From contig CAWGYA010000005.1 of the NCBI GenBank assembly GCA_963826715.1, positions 96,001 through 160,000 on the forward strand: a stretch of 64,000 nucleotides of DNA. The letters run 5' to 3'. This DNA comes from Candidatus Bathyarchaeota archaeon. GTDB lineage: Archaea > Thermoproteota > Bathyarchaeia > Bathyarchaeales > Bathycorpusculaceae. The first letter of the stretch is position 1, and the number at the start of each line of letters is the position of its first letter. A program made the position numbers and the translations under genes. This document shows, in pieces, positions 20,429 to 30,463 of this stretch. The notes below the pieces were generated by a model. That model was not told the DNA's origin. It saw only the letters and a program-made list of their open reading frames with translations, and made no database searches.

Positions 20429-20480
20429 ATAGCGCAATTGTTATGTAATTGAACTGGGTCTTTTGCATTTGTTTAAAGTC

Positions 20481-20840
20481 ATGATGAAGCAGACCACCAT
20501 CAAACAGATAGCGCATCAGCGCATCTTGATATTGTTTGAGCAAGCCAAAAAAATACGGCGAACACAACCAAACCTTGCGATGCAATATGTTGCCATAGCA
20601 AGACGGATTGCCATGGCCGCAAAAATCCGCTTTCCAATGGAATTCCGCCGTCAAACCTGTCGAGAATGCAATAGCTTCTTTGTGCATGGGGTTAACTGCC
20701 GAGTTAGGATAAAACAGAAAAGGGAGCCCCACGTGGTAATAACATGTTTAAACTGTGGGGACCAAACCCGCATAATGCTAAACAAAAAGGTGCAAAAAAC
20801 AGTTGAGCAAGATAACTACAAGAATGAAACGACACGTTAG
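20481..20840 (+). CDS. rnp4: Ribonuclease P protein component 4 (Rpp21)
   Basis: IAHQRILILF...CRECNS...CLNCG zinc ribbon. Conserved position before yhbY. Confidence 0.92.
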   Translation: MMKQTTIKQIAHQRILILFEQAKKIRRTQPNLAMQYVAIARRIAMAAKIRFPMEFRRQTCRECNSFFVHGVNCRVRIKQKREPHVVITCLNCGDQTRIMLNKKVQKTVEQDNYKNETTR

Positions 20841-21111
20841 GCACGTCTTGAAAGACGAAAACCCCACCATCTGGGTCGGCAAGGACGGCTTAACAGCTCA
20901 ATCTATAGGAGAGATTGAGAAACAACTTCAAAGGAACAAGATGATTAAAATTAGAATACTCCCCGCAGCGCTCCAGGAACTGAACACAGCTGATTCGATT
21001 GCTAAAAAAGCAGCACAACAAACAGACTCAGCCTTAGTCGAAGTCCGCGGTCACGTATTTATCTTGTTTAGAAAACGCAAAAACCCTGAACCAGAAGAAC
21101 CTAAACAATAA
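20803..21111 (+). CDS. YhbY/CRM-domain RNA-binding protein
   Basis: PTIWVGKDGLT, IKIRIL, VEVRGHVFILFR. Confidence 0.9.
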   Translation: MSKITTRMKRHVRHVLKDENPTIWVGKDGLTAQSIGEIEKQLQRNKMIKIRILPAALQELNTADSIAKKAAQQTDSALVEVRGHVFILFRKRKNPEPEEPKQ

Positions 21112-21459
21112 CTTTCATTTCACGAAATTGCATCAATAAACTTTCTCTTTAATTAGAGCTTTAAAGCTAAGGCAGCTTTTCTATAGAAAAGCAAAACAGT
21201 ACCATTTTACAATTTGAAGCATATTAGACTCTTTTACTCAACATCAGAATCTCAGAATCCAACATTTTGAATCCAACAAACTCAGCTCCTACATGTTTGA
21301 AACTTGTTCCCTAAACAGGTAAACTTTTTAGAACGCTAATTCTAAGAACACCTCCAGAAGAGTGCCCTGCATTATTGAAAAAAGAACCGAACAGAGGCAC
21401 TGCTTTTGTTTCAATCCAAAATTTAAAATCAAATCAACAGAAAGGATGATGAATATTAA

Positions 21460-22593
21460 ATGATAAATAACTCTGATAGAATCGTTGTTCGAGGACTAAA
21501 AGATGTTGCCGCAGCTGAAACCAGAATTAGCTACGTAAACTTCAACGGGGTCCTTTATTATTTAGGATACAACATCGACGATATTGTAGGCAAAGTTACC
21601 TACTCAGAAGTGGCATTCTTGCTAGTTCACAAACGCTTTCCAACCCGAAAAGAACTTGATAATTTCAACACAGAGCTTGTTTCCGCAATGGAACTCCCAA
21701 ACCAAATAACTGACAGCATAATACACACACCAAAAAACTGTCACCCAATGGATATCCTACGAACAGAAGTTTCTCATCTCGGCGAATACGACCTTGAAGG
21801 GAATGACTTCTCTGACGCCGCAAACATGAGAAGAGCCACACGCCTAATAGCCCAAGTGCCAGTAATAGTCGCTACTATACACCAAACTCGAATTAACCAA
21901 CCAGTTCCAAAACCAAAAGCAGAATTTGGCTTTGCCAAAAATTTTCTCTACATGTTTAAAGGGGTTGTTCCAGAAGAAAGTGAAACAAACGTTTTACACC
22001 GCTACATGACTCTTCACATTGATCACGGATTCAACGCTTCCACTTTTGCCGCGCGTGTCACAGCAAGCACAAACTCAGACATGTATTCAGCAATAACCTC
22101 CGCCATTGGAACCCTCAAAGGGCCCCTACACGGAGGAGCCAGCGAAAAAGTCATGGAAATGCTTGACGACATTAACCTCGAAGAAGAAGTGGAAGAATAC
22201 ATCAACGGCTTATTGGATGACCAAAAAAAGATCATGGGCTTTGGACACAGAATTTACCGCGCCCAAGATCCTAGAACTAAACACCTGAGAGGTATGGTAG
22301 AAGACCTTTGCCACCGCGATAGAACTCTAGGACTGTATAATAAATGCGTAAAAATTGAGGAGATAGTATATGGACGCAAAAAAATATATCCAAACGTCGA
22401 TTTTTACGCCGCAGTCGCCATGGATTCACTAGGTGTGCCTAAAGAGTTCTTCACACCATTTTTTGCTTCAAGCAGAATTGCAGGCTGGGTCGCTCATGTA
22501 ATTGAGCAATACGAGGATGCCGTTCTTCTCCGTCCAGAATCAAAATACATCGGCGATTTTAACCGACAGTTCGTTCCAATTGAAAACCGGTAA
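21460..22593 (+). CDS. gltA: Citrate (or 2-methylcitrate) synthase
   Basis: DHGFNAST, GPLHGGA, MGFGHRIY, PNVDFY, RIAGWVAH. Confidence 0.92.
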   Translation: MINNSDRIVVRGLKDVAAAETRISYVNFNGVLYYLGYNIDDIVGKVTYSEVAFLLVHKRFPTRKELDNFNTELVSAMELPNQITDSIIHTPKNCHPMDILRTEVSHLGEYDLEGNDFSDAANMRRATRLIAQVPVIVATIHQTRINQPVPKPKAEFGFAKNFLYMFKGVVPEESETNVLHRYMTLHIDHGFNASTFAARVTASTNSDMYSAITSAIGTLKGPLHGGASEKVMEMLDDINLEEEVEEYINGLLDDQKKIMGFGHRIYRAQDPRTKHLRGMVEDLCHRDRTLGLYNKCVKIEEIVYGRKKIYPNVDFYAAVAMDSLGVPKEFFTPFFASSRIAGWVAHVIEQYEDAVLLRPESKYIGDFNRQFVPIENR

Positions 22594-23019
22594 CCCCAAA
22601 TTTTGACCTCAAAACAACACAAACAAATCAGCTCAACCCCAAACTCCCCCATTCTCTTTTTCAATAAAAACTCTCGCGAAAGAGAACCCATAAATTTTGA
22701 CTCATCAAATTCTCCAGGCACCCCTGATAAATTCCCAAGAAATCTCATTTTTATCCTTCCCAACTCAATTCTTATCTAAATAAATAATATTATCCAGTTT
22801 TCTAATTCTAACCTCATCAAATTACTGGCTATTTGACTACTGAACTTTCTTTGTTAAGAAACTTGCCTAACTCCAAAGACTTGATACCACATTCAAAACC
22901 TGGTTTTTCTTTATATTTTTATGGATTTTGGAATTATATTGACGGAAATAACTTCTGAATACATTTATATGGGTCTTCATTGTTTTACTGCAAGGAAAAA
23001 CCATAAGGATAGAGAATCT

Positions 23020-23484
23020 TTGACGACTCCACACGACGTTCCAGCTTCAAAATACATAGACCGATTAGCAAAGTACCTGCGGGAAAACGTAGATGAAATT
23101 CAACCACTCCCATGGGCAACCTTCGCAAAAACAGGTACCCACGTCGAAAAGCAACCACAAAACCCCAACTGGTGGTACACACGCAGCGCATCAATCCTGC
23201 GCAAAGTCTACATTCACGGTCCCATCGGTCTAGAAAACCTGCGCTCCGAATACGGCGGCAGAAAAAACAACGGCGTCAAAAAGAACCACGCCTCCAAAGC
23301 TGGCGGAAGCGGAATCCGCAAATCACTCCAGCAACTAGAAACTGCAGGCTTGATTCAAATCAAAAAGCCTCAAGGCAGAATCATGACTCCCAAAGGACGC
23401 AAGCTGATGCAGGAAGTAGCCGGAGACCTTTCAAAAGAACTAGTAAAATCTATTCCTGAGCTCAAGAAATATCAAGGCGAATAG
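23020..23484 (+). CDS. rps19e: 30S ribosomal protein S19e
   Basis: KTGTHVEKQP, WWYTRSASILRK, LQQLETAG, GRIMTPKG. Likely TTG start at 23020. Confidence 0.96.
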   Translation: MTTPHDVPASKYIDRLAKYLRENVDEIQPLPWATFAKTGTHVEKQPQNPNWWYTRSASILRKVYIHGPIGLENLRSEYGGRKNNGVKKNHASKAGGSGIRKSLQQLETAGLIQIKKPQGRIMTPKGRKLMQEVAGDLSKELVKSIPELKKYQGE

Positions 23485-23490
23485 GAAACC

Positions 23491-23820
23491 ATGTCAGATG
23501 ACGAGCTTGAGCAAATTCGCAAACGCAAACTTGTCACGATGCAGAATCGCGTAAGCGATGAGCAGAGACAATCTCAAGCCGACCAACAATACGAACAGCA
23601 GAAACAGGCACTGCTGGCAAAAATATTAACGCCTGAAGCTCGGCAAAGGCTAAATAACCTAAAACTGGTTAAGCGTGAATTTGCAGAGCAAATCGAGTTA
23701 CAGCTCATCGAGATGGCGCAAACTGGAAAATTGCCAATTCCGCTTTCAGATGTGCAACTCAAAGGCATCCTAATACAGCTTCAATCACGCAAAAAAGAGA
23801 CAAAAATTAGACGGATATGA
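23491..23820 (+). CDS. PDCD5-like DNA-binding protein
   Basis: DELEQIRKRKL...ILTPEARQRLNNLKLVK. Conserved position after rps19e. Confidence 0.92.
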   Translation: MSDDELEQIRKRKLVTMQNRVSDEQRQSQADQQYEQQKQALLAKILTPEARQRLNNLKLVKREFAEQIELQLIEMAQTGKLPIPLSDVQLKGILIQLQSRKKETKIRRI

Positions 23821-23826
23821 TAAAAG

Positions 23827-23985
23827 ATGGCGAGAGTAAAACCAACCGGCAAAAAACTCAGGTTAGCTAAAGCTGGCAGAGAATCACAGTCTGTTCCAAC
23901 ATGGGTTATCGCCCGAACTGACGGTAAAGTTAGAGTTAACCCCAAACAGCGACGCAACTGGCGAACCCGTAAAATAAAGGCTTAG
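23827..23985 (+). CDS. rpl39e: 50S ribosomal protein L39e (52 aa; missing from ORF track)
   Basis: Manual translation MARVKPTGKKLRLAKAGRESQSVPTWVIARTDGKVRVNPKQRRNWRTRKIKA. Confidence 0.95.
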   Translation: MARVKPTGKKLRLAKAGRESQSVPTWVIARTDGKVRVNPKQRRNWRTRKIKA

Positions 23986-23999
23986 GAGAATAACAAACA

Positions 24000-24467
24000 A
24001 TGTCTAATGAAACTAAACAAGTAGCACAACAAGAAGAAACAATCGAAGAATTAGTAGAGATGCCTGAAGAAGAGACTCTGCAAACCACCCAAGCGGAAGA
24101 ACAAGCGCCACAAACTGAAGAAGCAGCTGAAGAAAAAGCTAAGCCAAAACGCAAAAAGAAAGAGGAAGACGAAATAGTCGAAGAACGCTTCTACACCATT
24201 CCCCTACAAAGAGCACTTGTTCGCCCACCAAAAAAACGTGCACCACGCGCCATGCAACTCCTAAAAATCTTTGTCATCAAACATATGAAACTTGAAATGA
24301 AAGTTTCCGAGGAAGAGGAAGAAGAAGAGCTACCCCACCTTATAGTTTCAGCAGAAGTTAACGAGAAAATCTGGGACCGAGGTATCGAGAAGCCCCCACG
24401 CAAAATTAAAACCCGCGTTACCAAAGACAAAGATGGCAACGTCACGGTTTACTTAGCGGAAAACTAG
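24000..24467 (+). CDS. rpl31e: 50S ribosomal protein L31e with acidic N-terminal extension
   Basis: ERFYTIPL, KRAPRA, VNEKIWDRGIEKPPRKI. Confidence 0.95.
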   Translation: MSNETKQVAQQEETIEELVEMPEEETLQTTQAEEQAPQTEEAAEEKAKPKRKKKEEDEIVEERFYTIPLQRALVRPPKKRAPRAMQLLKIFVIKHMKLEMKVSEEEEEEELPHLIVSAEVNEKIWDRGIEKPPRKIKTRVTKDKDGNVTVYLAEN

Positions 24468-24580
24468 TAATTTTTCCCCTTTTCCATTTAAATCCATATT
24501 CTAAACACAATCTCACCACAACCTAAAATAAGAAGAAAAATAGAAACACCAATCAAGCTAATTTAGAGGAGAAAACCTTC

Positions 24581-25249
24581 TTGACCGTTTACTTATCTAG
24601 CATCGTTGGATGCGTAAGCATTGGCGTTTACTCGCTAGCAACAGAACAAATAGTTATTATACCAGTAATGGTGCCAAAAGAGAAAGCCCAAGAATACGCT
24701 GATTGGCTAAAAGCAGACCTTGTTTACACAACCATGAGCGGCTCAGTTTTGATCGGAGCTTTATCATGTGCAAACAGCAACGGAATGATACTTCCAAAAT
24801 CCATCTGCGAAGAAGAACTATCCTGCATCAAAGCTGTCTTCAAAGGCAACATCACCATAATGGACACCAAAAAAACCGCATACGGCAACCTCGTCTTAAC
24901 AACGGACAAAGGCGCAGTAGTTGACCCACGCTTTAAACCCGCCGAAATCAGGAAAATCTCCGACGCATTGGGCGTCGAGGCAGTCCCAACAGAAATTGCA
25001 GCCTTACCCTATGTAGGGTCTTTGGCTTCTGCAACCAACAAGGGAGTACTAACGCATCCGCAGCTCAAAGAGGAAGAAAAGAAAATTATAGAAAGCGTCT
25101 TGAAGGTTCCCGTGGATGTGGGCACTGTGAACTGCGGTATTCCCTATGTAGGCACTGGTTTAATCGCTAATAGCAAAGCAGCTGTAGCTGGATCCATGAC
25201 GACTGGACCTGAAATGTTCATTATTGAACATGCGCTAGAAACAATATAA
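24581..25249 (+). CDS. eif6: Translation initiation factor 6 (aIF6)
   Basis: ANSNG, YGNLV, GTVNCGIPYVGTGLIANS, TTGPE. Confidence 0.95.
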   Translation: MTVYLSSIVGCVSIGVYSLATEQIVIIPVMVPKEKAQEYADWLKADLVYTTMSGSVLIGALSCANSNGMILPKSICEEELSCIKAVFKGNITIMDTKKTAYGNLVLTTDKGAVVDPRFKPAEIRKISDALGVEAVPTEIAALPYVGSLASATNKGVLTHPQLKEEEKKIIESVLKVPVDVGTVNCGIPYVGTGLIANSKAAVAGSMTTGPEMFIIEHALETI

Positions 25250-25288
25250 TCGACTTTTAAATCAATTTAAAACCTTTTTTCCCTTCTG

Positions 25289-27349
25289 TTAATGCTCAGT
25301 TTTCTTCTTCAGTGTTTTCCTAATAAACGTAGAAACTATAGCCAACAAGGCTACAAACACTGCTAAAACAATCACAATATTTTGAATATTTGATGAATCA
25401 ACTGTTGGTGCCTCAGTTATACTGGGTTGAGTTGGTGTTGGTTGAACAGTAGGATTTTGAGTTTGAATGGGTGCGGGCGTGGGGCTGGCTGTCACGGTTG
25501 GTTTAGGCGTCGGTTTGATTGTTATCCTGGGGATCACATCGGGTGGTCTAGGGGTTGGCGGGGCTGGGGTGATTGGGGGAATGGTTGGAATAGGTGTACT
25601 TGTGGGGGAAGGTGAATCAAACCCTAAAACTGTAATTGTATGTGGCGTGGTTAGGTTTAAGAACGTATATGATCCTGTGATTTCAACAGGGTTATTATCA
25701 ACTAACACTCTTGTTATTGTATATCCGTCGTCGGCTTGGTAGTTGAATGTTTGATTTTCGCCGATGTTAACATTAACGAACCCCGAAGGGGTTATGCTAC
25801 TGTAGCCTGAGCTTGCTGAGTATATTTCTGAGTAATTTGCTCCGCCAAAATAAAGCCGAGAAATAGGCAACTCAGATAATTGGGTTTTTGAGGTCAAACT
25901 ATTCCAGTCACTGCTAAAGGTCAACTGCCAAATCCCTGGAGCATCTATGTTATACTGGAAAATGTTGGTGCCGAACATGGAAAGAAAAGTTCCTGGATTA
26001 GATACGCTTATCGTTACTGTTCGGCTAGCCAGATCCATGTTAAAGGAGGCACCATCTATTATGCCGTTTAAATCTTGATATACACTATCCATAACAGGTA
26101 CAGCTAATGATCCCGTAACCGGCACATTTGAGAGAAGCATTAACAATACCGCGGCATCCGCTGTAGCTTCTGCGCTGATAGGGCCATCTGAACGCATCCG
26201 AAACATACCTGTGGCGCTATCAAATAATTGGCTTCTCAAAGTTAGGTTCCAAGCTGGAGCAGGTCCAGCAGTGCCATTTAGCATCGACTGAACTTGATTT
26301 CGCATAGTCAATGTCATATTACCGTAAAGTCCCAGCAAAGCCGCCCATGAAATTATTGTGTTTTCAAGACGTTGCTGAGGATTACTTGTTGCATGCGTGA
26401 CAACAAAATCTCCCCATTGGGGACTGCTCCACCCATCAATGAGTGCCCTAGTTTCCAGGTCCACAAATAGGTTAGCTATGTTTTTGGTAGATTGATCATA
26501 AGCATAGAGTTTCCAAATTATCTGATCAAATGAGCCTGCCTCACACTCAAAATCATTTGTGCCAACTGAGTACTTGTAATAACCTTGACCTGAGATGCTG
26601 TTAGTCCAAAGATGTTCATTTGTCCAGTTCCACCAAAACTGAGCTTGTTTGAGCCCATCCTCTATCCCCAGCAACCAAAACGTTAGGTACATATCGATTG
26701 TTTGGGCGCATTCATCATAGAATCTTGGACCATTAATTATTCCCCACCCCTTGCCGTCGGAACCAACGCAGAGAATAGGTTTGCCGTATGAGTTAACGGT
26801 GTTATTGAAACAATTATATGCGCTGGTAAGATTCCATTTCTCTGTTTCATAGTCAAGTTGGCTTGCCCATTGATAAGCATACAAAATATATCGGTTGTTA
26901 ATGAGAAACGATGGGGTGCCAGAGTTCAAGTAATTGAAAGGTAAACATCCCACGTTTGGTAACATAGGCATTGTATTTAGGGCATTTTTTATGGTTGTTG
27001 AATTTATGCAGGCACCCAATTTGCTGAGTTGATAGTACCAATAAAACGCGGTCTCAGCCGTAGATGAAGAGTTAATATTTATTGCATCAATAGAATTTTG
27101 AAGTTCAGTTATGGTTGTTTGACCCAAAGTTATACCATCATAAATTATCTGATATGTGCTGTTCCAATCGCCATGTGTGCTAACGTTACCTATTAAATCT
27201 AAAATCGCTTCAGCCGAACCTCTTGACTGAGTTGAAACTGTTTGTGCATACGCAAAATTGCTTGTGCCACTAAAGAAACAGCTAAGAAGTAACGCTGCAG
27301 TTAGCACTACGGCCAAAGTTTTTAATGTGGGTAACTCTTTTTTTGTCAT
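25289..27349 (-). CDS. Secreted, membrane-anchored surface protein (possible glycoside-hydrolase-like helical domain, InlB-B-like repeat, Pro/Thr linker)
   Basis: Signal peptide, Trp/Tyr-rich core, 'SITPSGFVNV...YTITRVLVDN...YTF' repeat-type domain, PT-rich linker, C-terminal TM plus basic tail. Confidence 0.7.
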   Translation of the reverse strand: MTKKELPTLKTLAVVLTAALLLSCFFSGTSNFAYAQTVSTQSRGSAEAILDLIGNVSTHGDWNSTYQIIYDGITLGQTTITELQNSIDAININSSSTAETAFYWYYQLSKLGACINSTTIKNALNTMPMLPNVGCLPFNYLNSGTPSFLINNRYILYAYQWASQLDYETEKWNLTSAYNCFNNTVNSYGKPILCVGSDGKGWGIINGPRFYDECAQTIDMYLTFWLLGIEDGLKQAQFWWNWTNEHLWTNSISGQGYYKYSVGTNDFECEAGSFDQIIWKLYAYDQSTKNIANLFVDLETRALIDGWSSPQWGDFVVTHATSNPQQRLENTIISWAALLGLYGNMTLTMRNQVQSMLNGTAGPAPAWNLTLRSQLFDSATGMFRMRSDGPISAEATADAAVLLMLLSNVPVTGSLAVPVMDSVYQDLNGIIDGASFNMDLASRTVTISVSNPGTFLSMFGTNIFQYNIDAPGIWQLTFSSDWNSLTSKTQLSELPISRLYFGGANYSEIYSASSGYSSITPSGFVNVNIGENQTFNYQADDGYTITRVLVDNNPVEITGSYTFLNLTTPHTITVLGFDSPSPTSTPIPTIPPITPAPPTPRPPDVIPRITIKPTPKPTVTASPTPAPIQTQNPTVQPTPTQPSITEAPTVDSSNIQNIVIVLAVFVALLAIVSTFIRKTLKKKTEH

Positions 27350-27607
27350 GCGTTTTCAGGCTGAATAAGACTTTTAAGAAACCCGGTTTCTCATTTTCTC
27401 CACTATTTGGACTCCCATTAAGTTTACGCTTCAATCTCGTTAAGACTTTTGTTCAAACTCATCATTAAACTTCATCAGTTGGAATTGGTAACATCCAAGA
27501 ATGTGGATCATTTTACCATTGGTTCACTATAATAGAGCTTAGTGTTCCTTTTGGTGAATACGTTTATAATTGGGAATGCACTGGATGTTGTGCAGGTAGA
27601 AGAAATC

Positions 27608-27838
27608 ATGAAAGCTTTCAAAGTAACCGGTCAAATCAAAAAGCCACAACTTGCAACTCCCTTCGCTAAAGAAATAATAGCTGACAAAAGCGAACACGCC
27701 GTCGAGAAAGTTTACGCTGAAATCGGCAGTAAACACCGCGTGAAAAGATTCCAGATCAAAATCGCTGAGGTCAAGGAATTGCAAGCGGATGAGATTAAAG
27801 ATCCTATTTTAAAGAAACTTGTAATCGGAGAAGAATAA
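27608..27838 (+). CDS. rplX: 50S ribosomal protein L18Ae/LX
   Basis: MKAFKVTG...EKVYAEIGSKHRVKR. Lies before prefoldin alpha. Confidence 0.93.
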   Translation: MKAFKVTGQIKKPQLATPFAKEIIADKSEHAVEKVYAEIGSKHRVKRFQIKIAEVKELQADEIKDPILKKLVIGEE

Positions 27839-27839
27839 G

Positions 27840-28280
27840 TTGACTCAGAGAGTTCAAGCTGAAGAGGAACTCCGTAAACTCAGCATGGAAATGAGATATC
27901 TAGAGCAGACTGCTGAAACGCTGCAACAACGCATCGGCATGGTTAATGCAGCCATTACTGACTTAACCTACGCAACTGCAACGCTGGATGGTATTGAAAA
28001 AGAGAAAGAGAATGTAGCGATGCTAGTTCCCATCGGCGGAAGCTCTTATGTTAAAGTTAAGCTTGCAGACACAGACAAAGTTATCGTTGGCATGGGTTCA
28101 GGTGTCTCAGTCGAGAAACCTTTAGCCGAAGCTAGAGTCACGCTCAAAGAGCGTTTGGATGACCTTGAAAAAACTATGAACGTCGCTCAACAACAATTCA
28201 GTCAAATAGCCGACCGCATTAACAGCGGCAGAAGCAGGCTTGAATCTTTGCTTTCCAGCGCCAGAGAAGGCAAACAATAG
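27840..28280 (+). CDS. pfdA: Prefoldin alpha subunit
   Basis: Coiled coils flanking LVPIGGSSYV...VIVGMGSGVSVEK. Confidence 0.93.
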   Translation: MTQRVQAEEELRKLSMEMRYLEQTAETLQQRIGMVNAAITDLTYATATLDGIEKEKENVAMLVPIGGSSYVKVKLADTDKVIVGMGSGVSVEKPLAEARVTLKERLDDLEKTMNVAQQQFSQIADRINSGRSRLESLLSSAREGKQ

Positions 28281-28291
28281 AGCGAAAGGTA

Positions 28292-29197
28292 ATGTTTGAG
28301 AAGCTCAAGTCTGGGTTTAAGGGTTTAGTTAACAAGGTAACCACGACTGAGCTTAAAGCTGAAAGCTTAACTCCTGTTTTATTAGATTTCAAGATGAGTT
28401 TGGCTGAGAACGATGTGGCTTTTCCTGTTGCAGACAAAATCTGTGATGAACTTGAAAAGAGGCTTGTCGGTGTCTCAGTTAAGCGACTTGAAGATCGCAA
28501 AAAAATTGTGGAAGAAAACCTGCGCCAAGTTCTCTTAGAAGTTATGTTAACAAACGTCCGAATTGATTTACTTCAAAGAGCAGAGGAAAAACGCAAAAAG
28601 AAAGAGCCCTTGATGCTTATGTTTGTGGGGATCAATGGTACAGGCAAAACCACAACTATCGCTAAAGTCGCTAAATTTTTCCATGAAAAAAGCTACTCCG
28701 TAGTTCTTGCGGGCGCTGACACTTACCGCGCTGGCTCCATTGAACAGCTGGAGGAGCATGGGAAACGTTTGGGTATCCGCGTGATTAAAAGCACCTATGG
28801 CGGTGACCCAGCGGCAGTAGCTTACGATGCAGTTAATCATGCTAAAGCTCACGGTCTAAACGTGGTTTTGATTGACACCGCTGGGCGAATGCAAACAAAC
28901 CAGAACTTGATGAATGAACTCATCAAAGTCAAGCGCGTTGTGCAGCCGGACTTAACGATTTTCACGGTAGATTCGCTTATCGGCAACGATGCCGTGATGC
29001 AGGCAGAGGAATTCAACAAAGCGGTTGGAATCGATGCAACCATTCTCACTAAAGTCGATGCTGATGTAAAAGGTGGTTCAGCCTTAAGTGTGACTTATGT
29101 GACCCAGAAGCCAATTCTCTTCATAGGGGTTGGGCAGACCTACAAGGATTTGGAACTTTTTAACCCCGAAAAATTCGTCAACATGGTTCTTCGGTAA
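28292..29197 (+). CDS. ftsY: Signal recognition particle receptor FtsY
   Basis: GINGTGKTTT, DTYRAG, DTAGR, TKVD, GVGQ. Confidence 0.96.
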   Translation: MFEKLKSGFKGLVNKVTTTELKAESLTPVLLDFKMSLAENDVAFPVADKICDELEKRLVGVSVKRLEDRKKIVEENLRQVLLEVMLTNVRIDLLQRAEEKRKKKEPLMLMFVGINGTGKTTTIAKVAKFFHEKSYSVVLAGADTYRAGSIEQLEEHGKRLGIRVIKSTYGGDPAAVAYDAVNHAKAHGLNVVLIDTAGRMQTNQNLMNELIKVKRVVQPDLTIFTVDSLIGNDAVMQAEEFNKAVGIDATILTKVDADVKGGSALSVTYVTQKPILFIGVGQTYKDLELFNPEKFVNMVLR

Positions 29198-29213
29198 TCC
29201 ATGGTAATATAGT

Positions 29214-29723
29214 TTGAAGATTAGGCCTGAAAAATCCTCTGAATTTCCGATAATTTACGATTTTGTAAAGTTGGCTTTCCAAACCGCAAAAGTGGCCAAT
29301 GGAAATGAATCAAATTATGTAGATAAACTTCGTAAAGGCAACAATTACTTACCTGAGCTCGCGCTGGTAGCGGAAGAAGGTGGCGAAATTATCGGGCATA
29401 TCATGTTGACTAAAGCCTTTGTGACCTGTGAGGATTCAAAATTTGAATCATTATTGTTAGCTCCTCTTTCAGTAGCGTTAGGGCACCGCAATTGTGGTAT
29501 TGGCTCGAAACTTGTTCTATCCAGCTTTGATTTAGCTAAAAAACTCGGGTACTCGGCGGTTTTTGTAGTTGGCGACCCGGATTATTATTGCAGATTTGGG
29601 TTTATGTCATCTGCCAACTTTGGCATTGTACATGTTCCAGAGATTCCTTCTCAATATGTGATGGTCTGCGAATTGGTTACTGGTGTATTAGTCGGTTTTT
29701 CTGGAACTGTGACTTTCACTTAA
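29214..29723 (+). CDS. GNAT N-acetyltransferase (YhbS-like)
   Basis: LAPLSV...RNCGIGSKL, VVGDPDYYCRFGF. Confidence 0.88.
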   Translation: MKIRPEKSSEFPIIYDFVKLAFQTAKVANGNESNYVDKLRKGNNYLPELALVAEEGGEIIGHIMLTKAFVTCEDSKFESLLLAPLSVALGHRNCGIGSKLVLSSFDLAKKLGYSAVFVVGDPDYYCRFGFMSSANFGIVHVPEIPSQYVMVCELVTGVLVGFSGTVTFT

Positions 29724-29727
29724 GGGT

Positions 29728-30084
29728 TTATGTGTCTTCTACTTCGACAAGATCAAAGCGGATTTTTGTTGGGTAAAATCGGAATGCCTTAATGAAATCT
29801 TCTATTTCTTGGTCAATGTCAACTGCTTCAAAGAAGCTCAAAAAATCTTTTTCCACGTTCTCGAGGTTTTTTGAGGTGTAGATATTCAATGTAAACAGGT
29901 ATTGGGTATCTTGTGCAAGATTTTTTATTTCAATGGCCTCTGTTACATCAACGGTAAACATAAGATTTGTTAGGACGTCAAGAACCGCTATTTTACATGC
30001 GACTGTATTTATCTTCTTAATAGTAACTAACCTTTTCTCAACAATTCTAAAGTTCCATTCACTTTCAACGTTAGAAGCAGACAT
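29728..30084 (-). CDS. Hypothetical protein
   Basis: 118-aa ATG ORF filling the space between genes; no recognisable motif. Confidence 0.6.
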   Translation of the reverse strand: MSASNVESEWNFRIVEKRLVTIKKINTVACKIAVLDVLTNLMFTVDVTEAIEIKNLAQDTQYLFTLNIYTSKNLENVEKDFLSFFEAVDIDQEIEDFIKAFRFYPTKIRFDLVEVEDT

Positions 30085-30179
30085 AAAAGTTCACATATAA
30101 GGAATAACTAATCAACCTTTAAAAACTCTAACATTAACTTGCTGCATTTTTCCCAAACTTATTGTTTCAATAGGACAAA

Positions 30180-30419
30180 TTATTTTGGTTCCGCTGATTT
30201 TTTTCGTTCTGCAACATCACGCAGATTCAACACAGGGGAATCCTCTCCATACCCCTGCTTTGCTTCGGTTTTACGTTTGTAGGTTTGCTCGGCAATTTTG
30301 GCTTTGCCTTCTTTGCTACTAAGCTCAACACTATTGCCCAGTTTATACAGAGTTCTGCCGAGGCGACGTTCCCCAACGGTTCTTGTGCATCTACCCATAA
30401 CTGAGGTATTTAACGTCAA
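30180..30419 (-). CDS. Hypothetical protein
   Basis: 79-aa ORF with natural charged composition; start uncertain. Confidence 0.4.
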   Translation of the reverse strand: MTLNTSVMGRCTRTVGERRLGRTLYKLGNSVELSSKEGKAKIAEQTYKRKTEAKQGYGEDSPVLNLRDVAERKKSAEPK

Positions 30420-30463
30420 AGGTTAAAAACCCTTCCAACCTACAATGTACTTGTAGTGGTCAA

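Noticed and set aside
21355-21406. AGTGCC...GGCACT stem upstream of citrate synthase as a riboswitch
   Set aside because: No recognisable riboswitch consensus; only a short stem.
25440-25620. G-rich low-complexity tract
   Set aside because: Encodes the Pro/Thr linker of the minus-strand surface protein.
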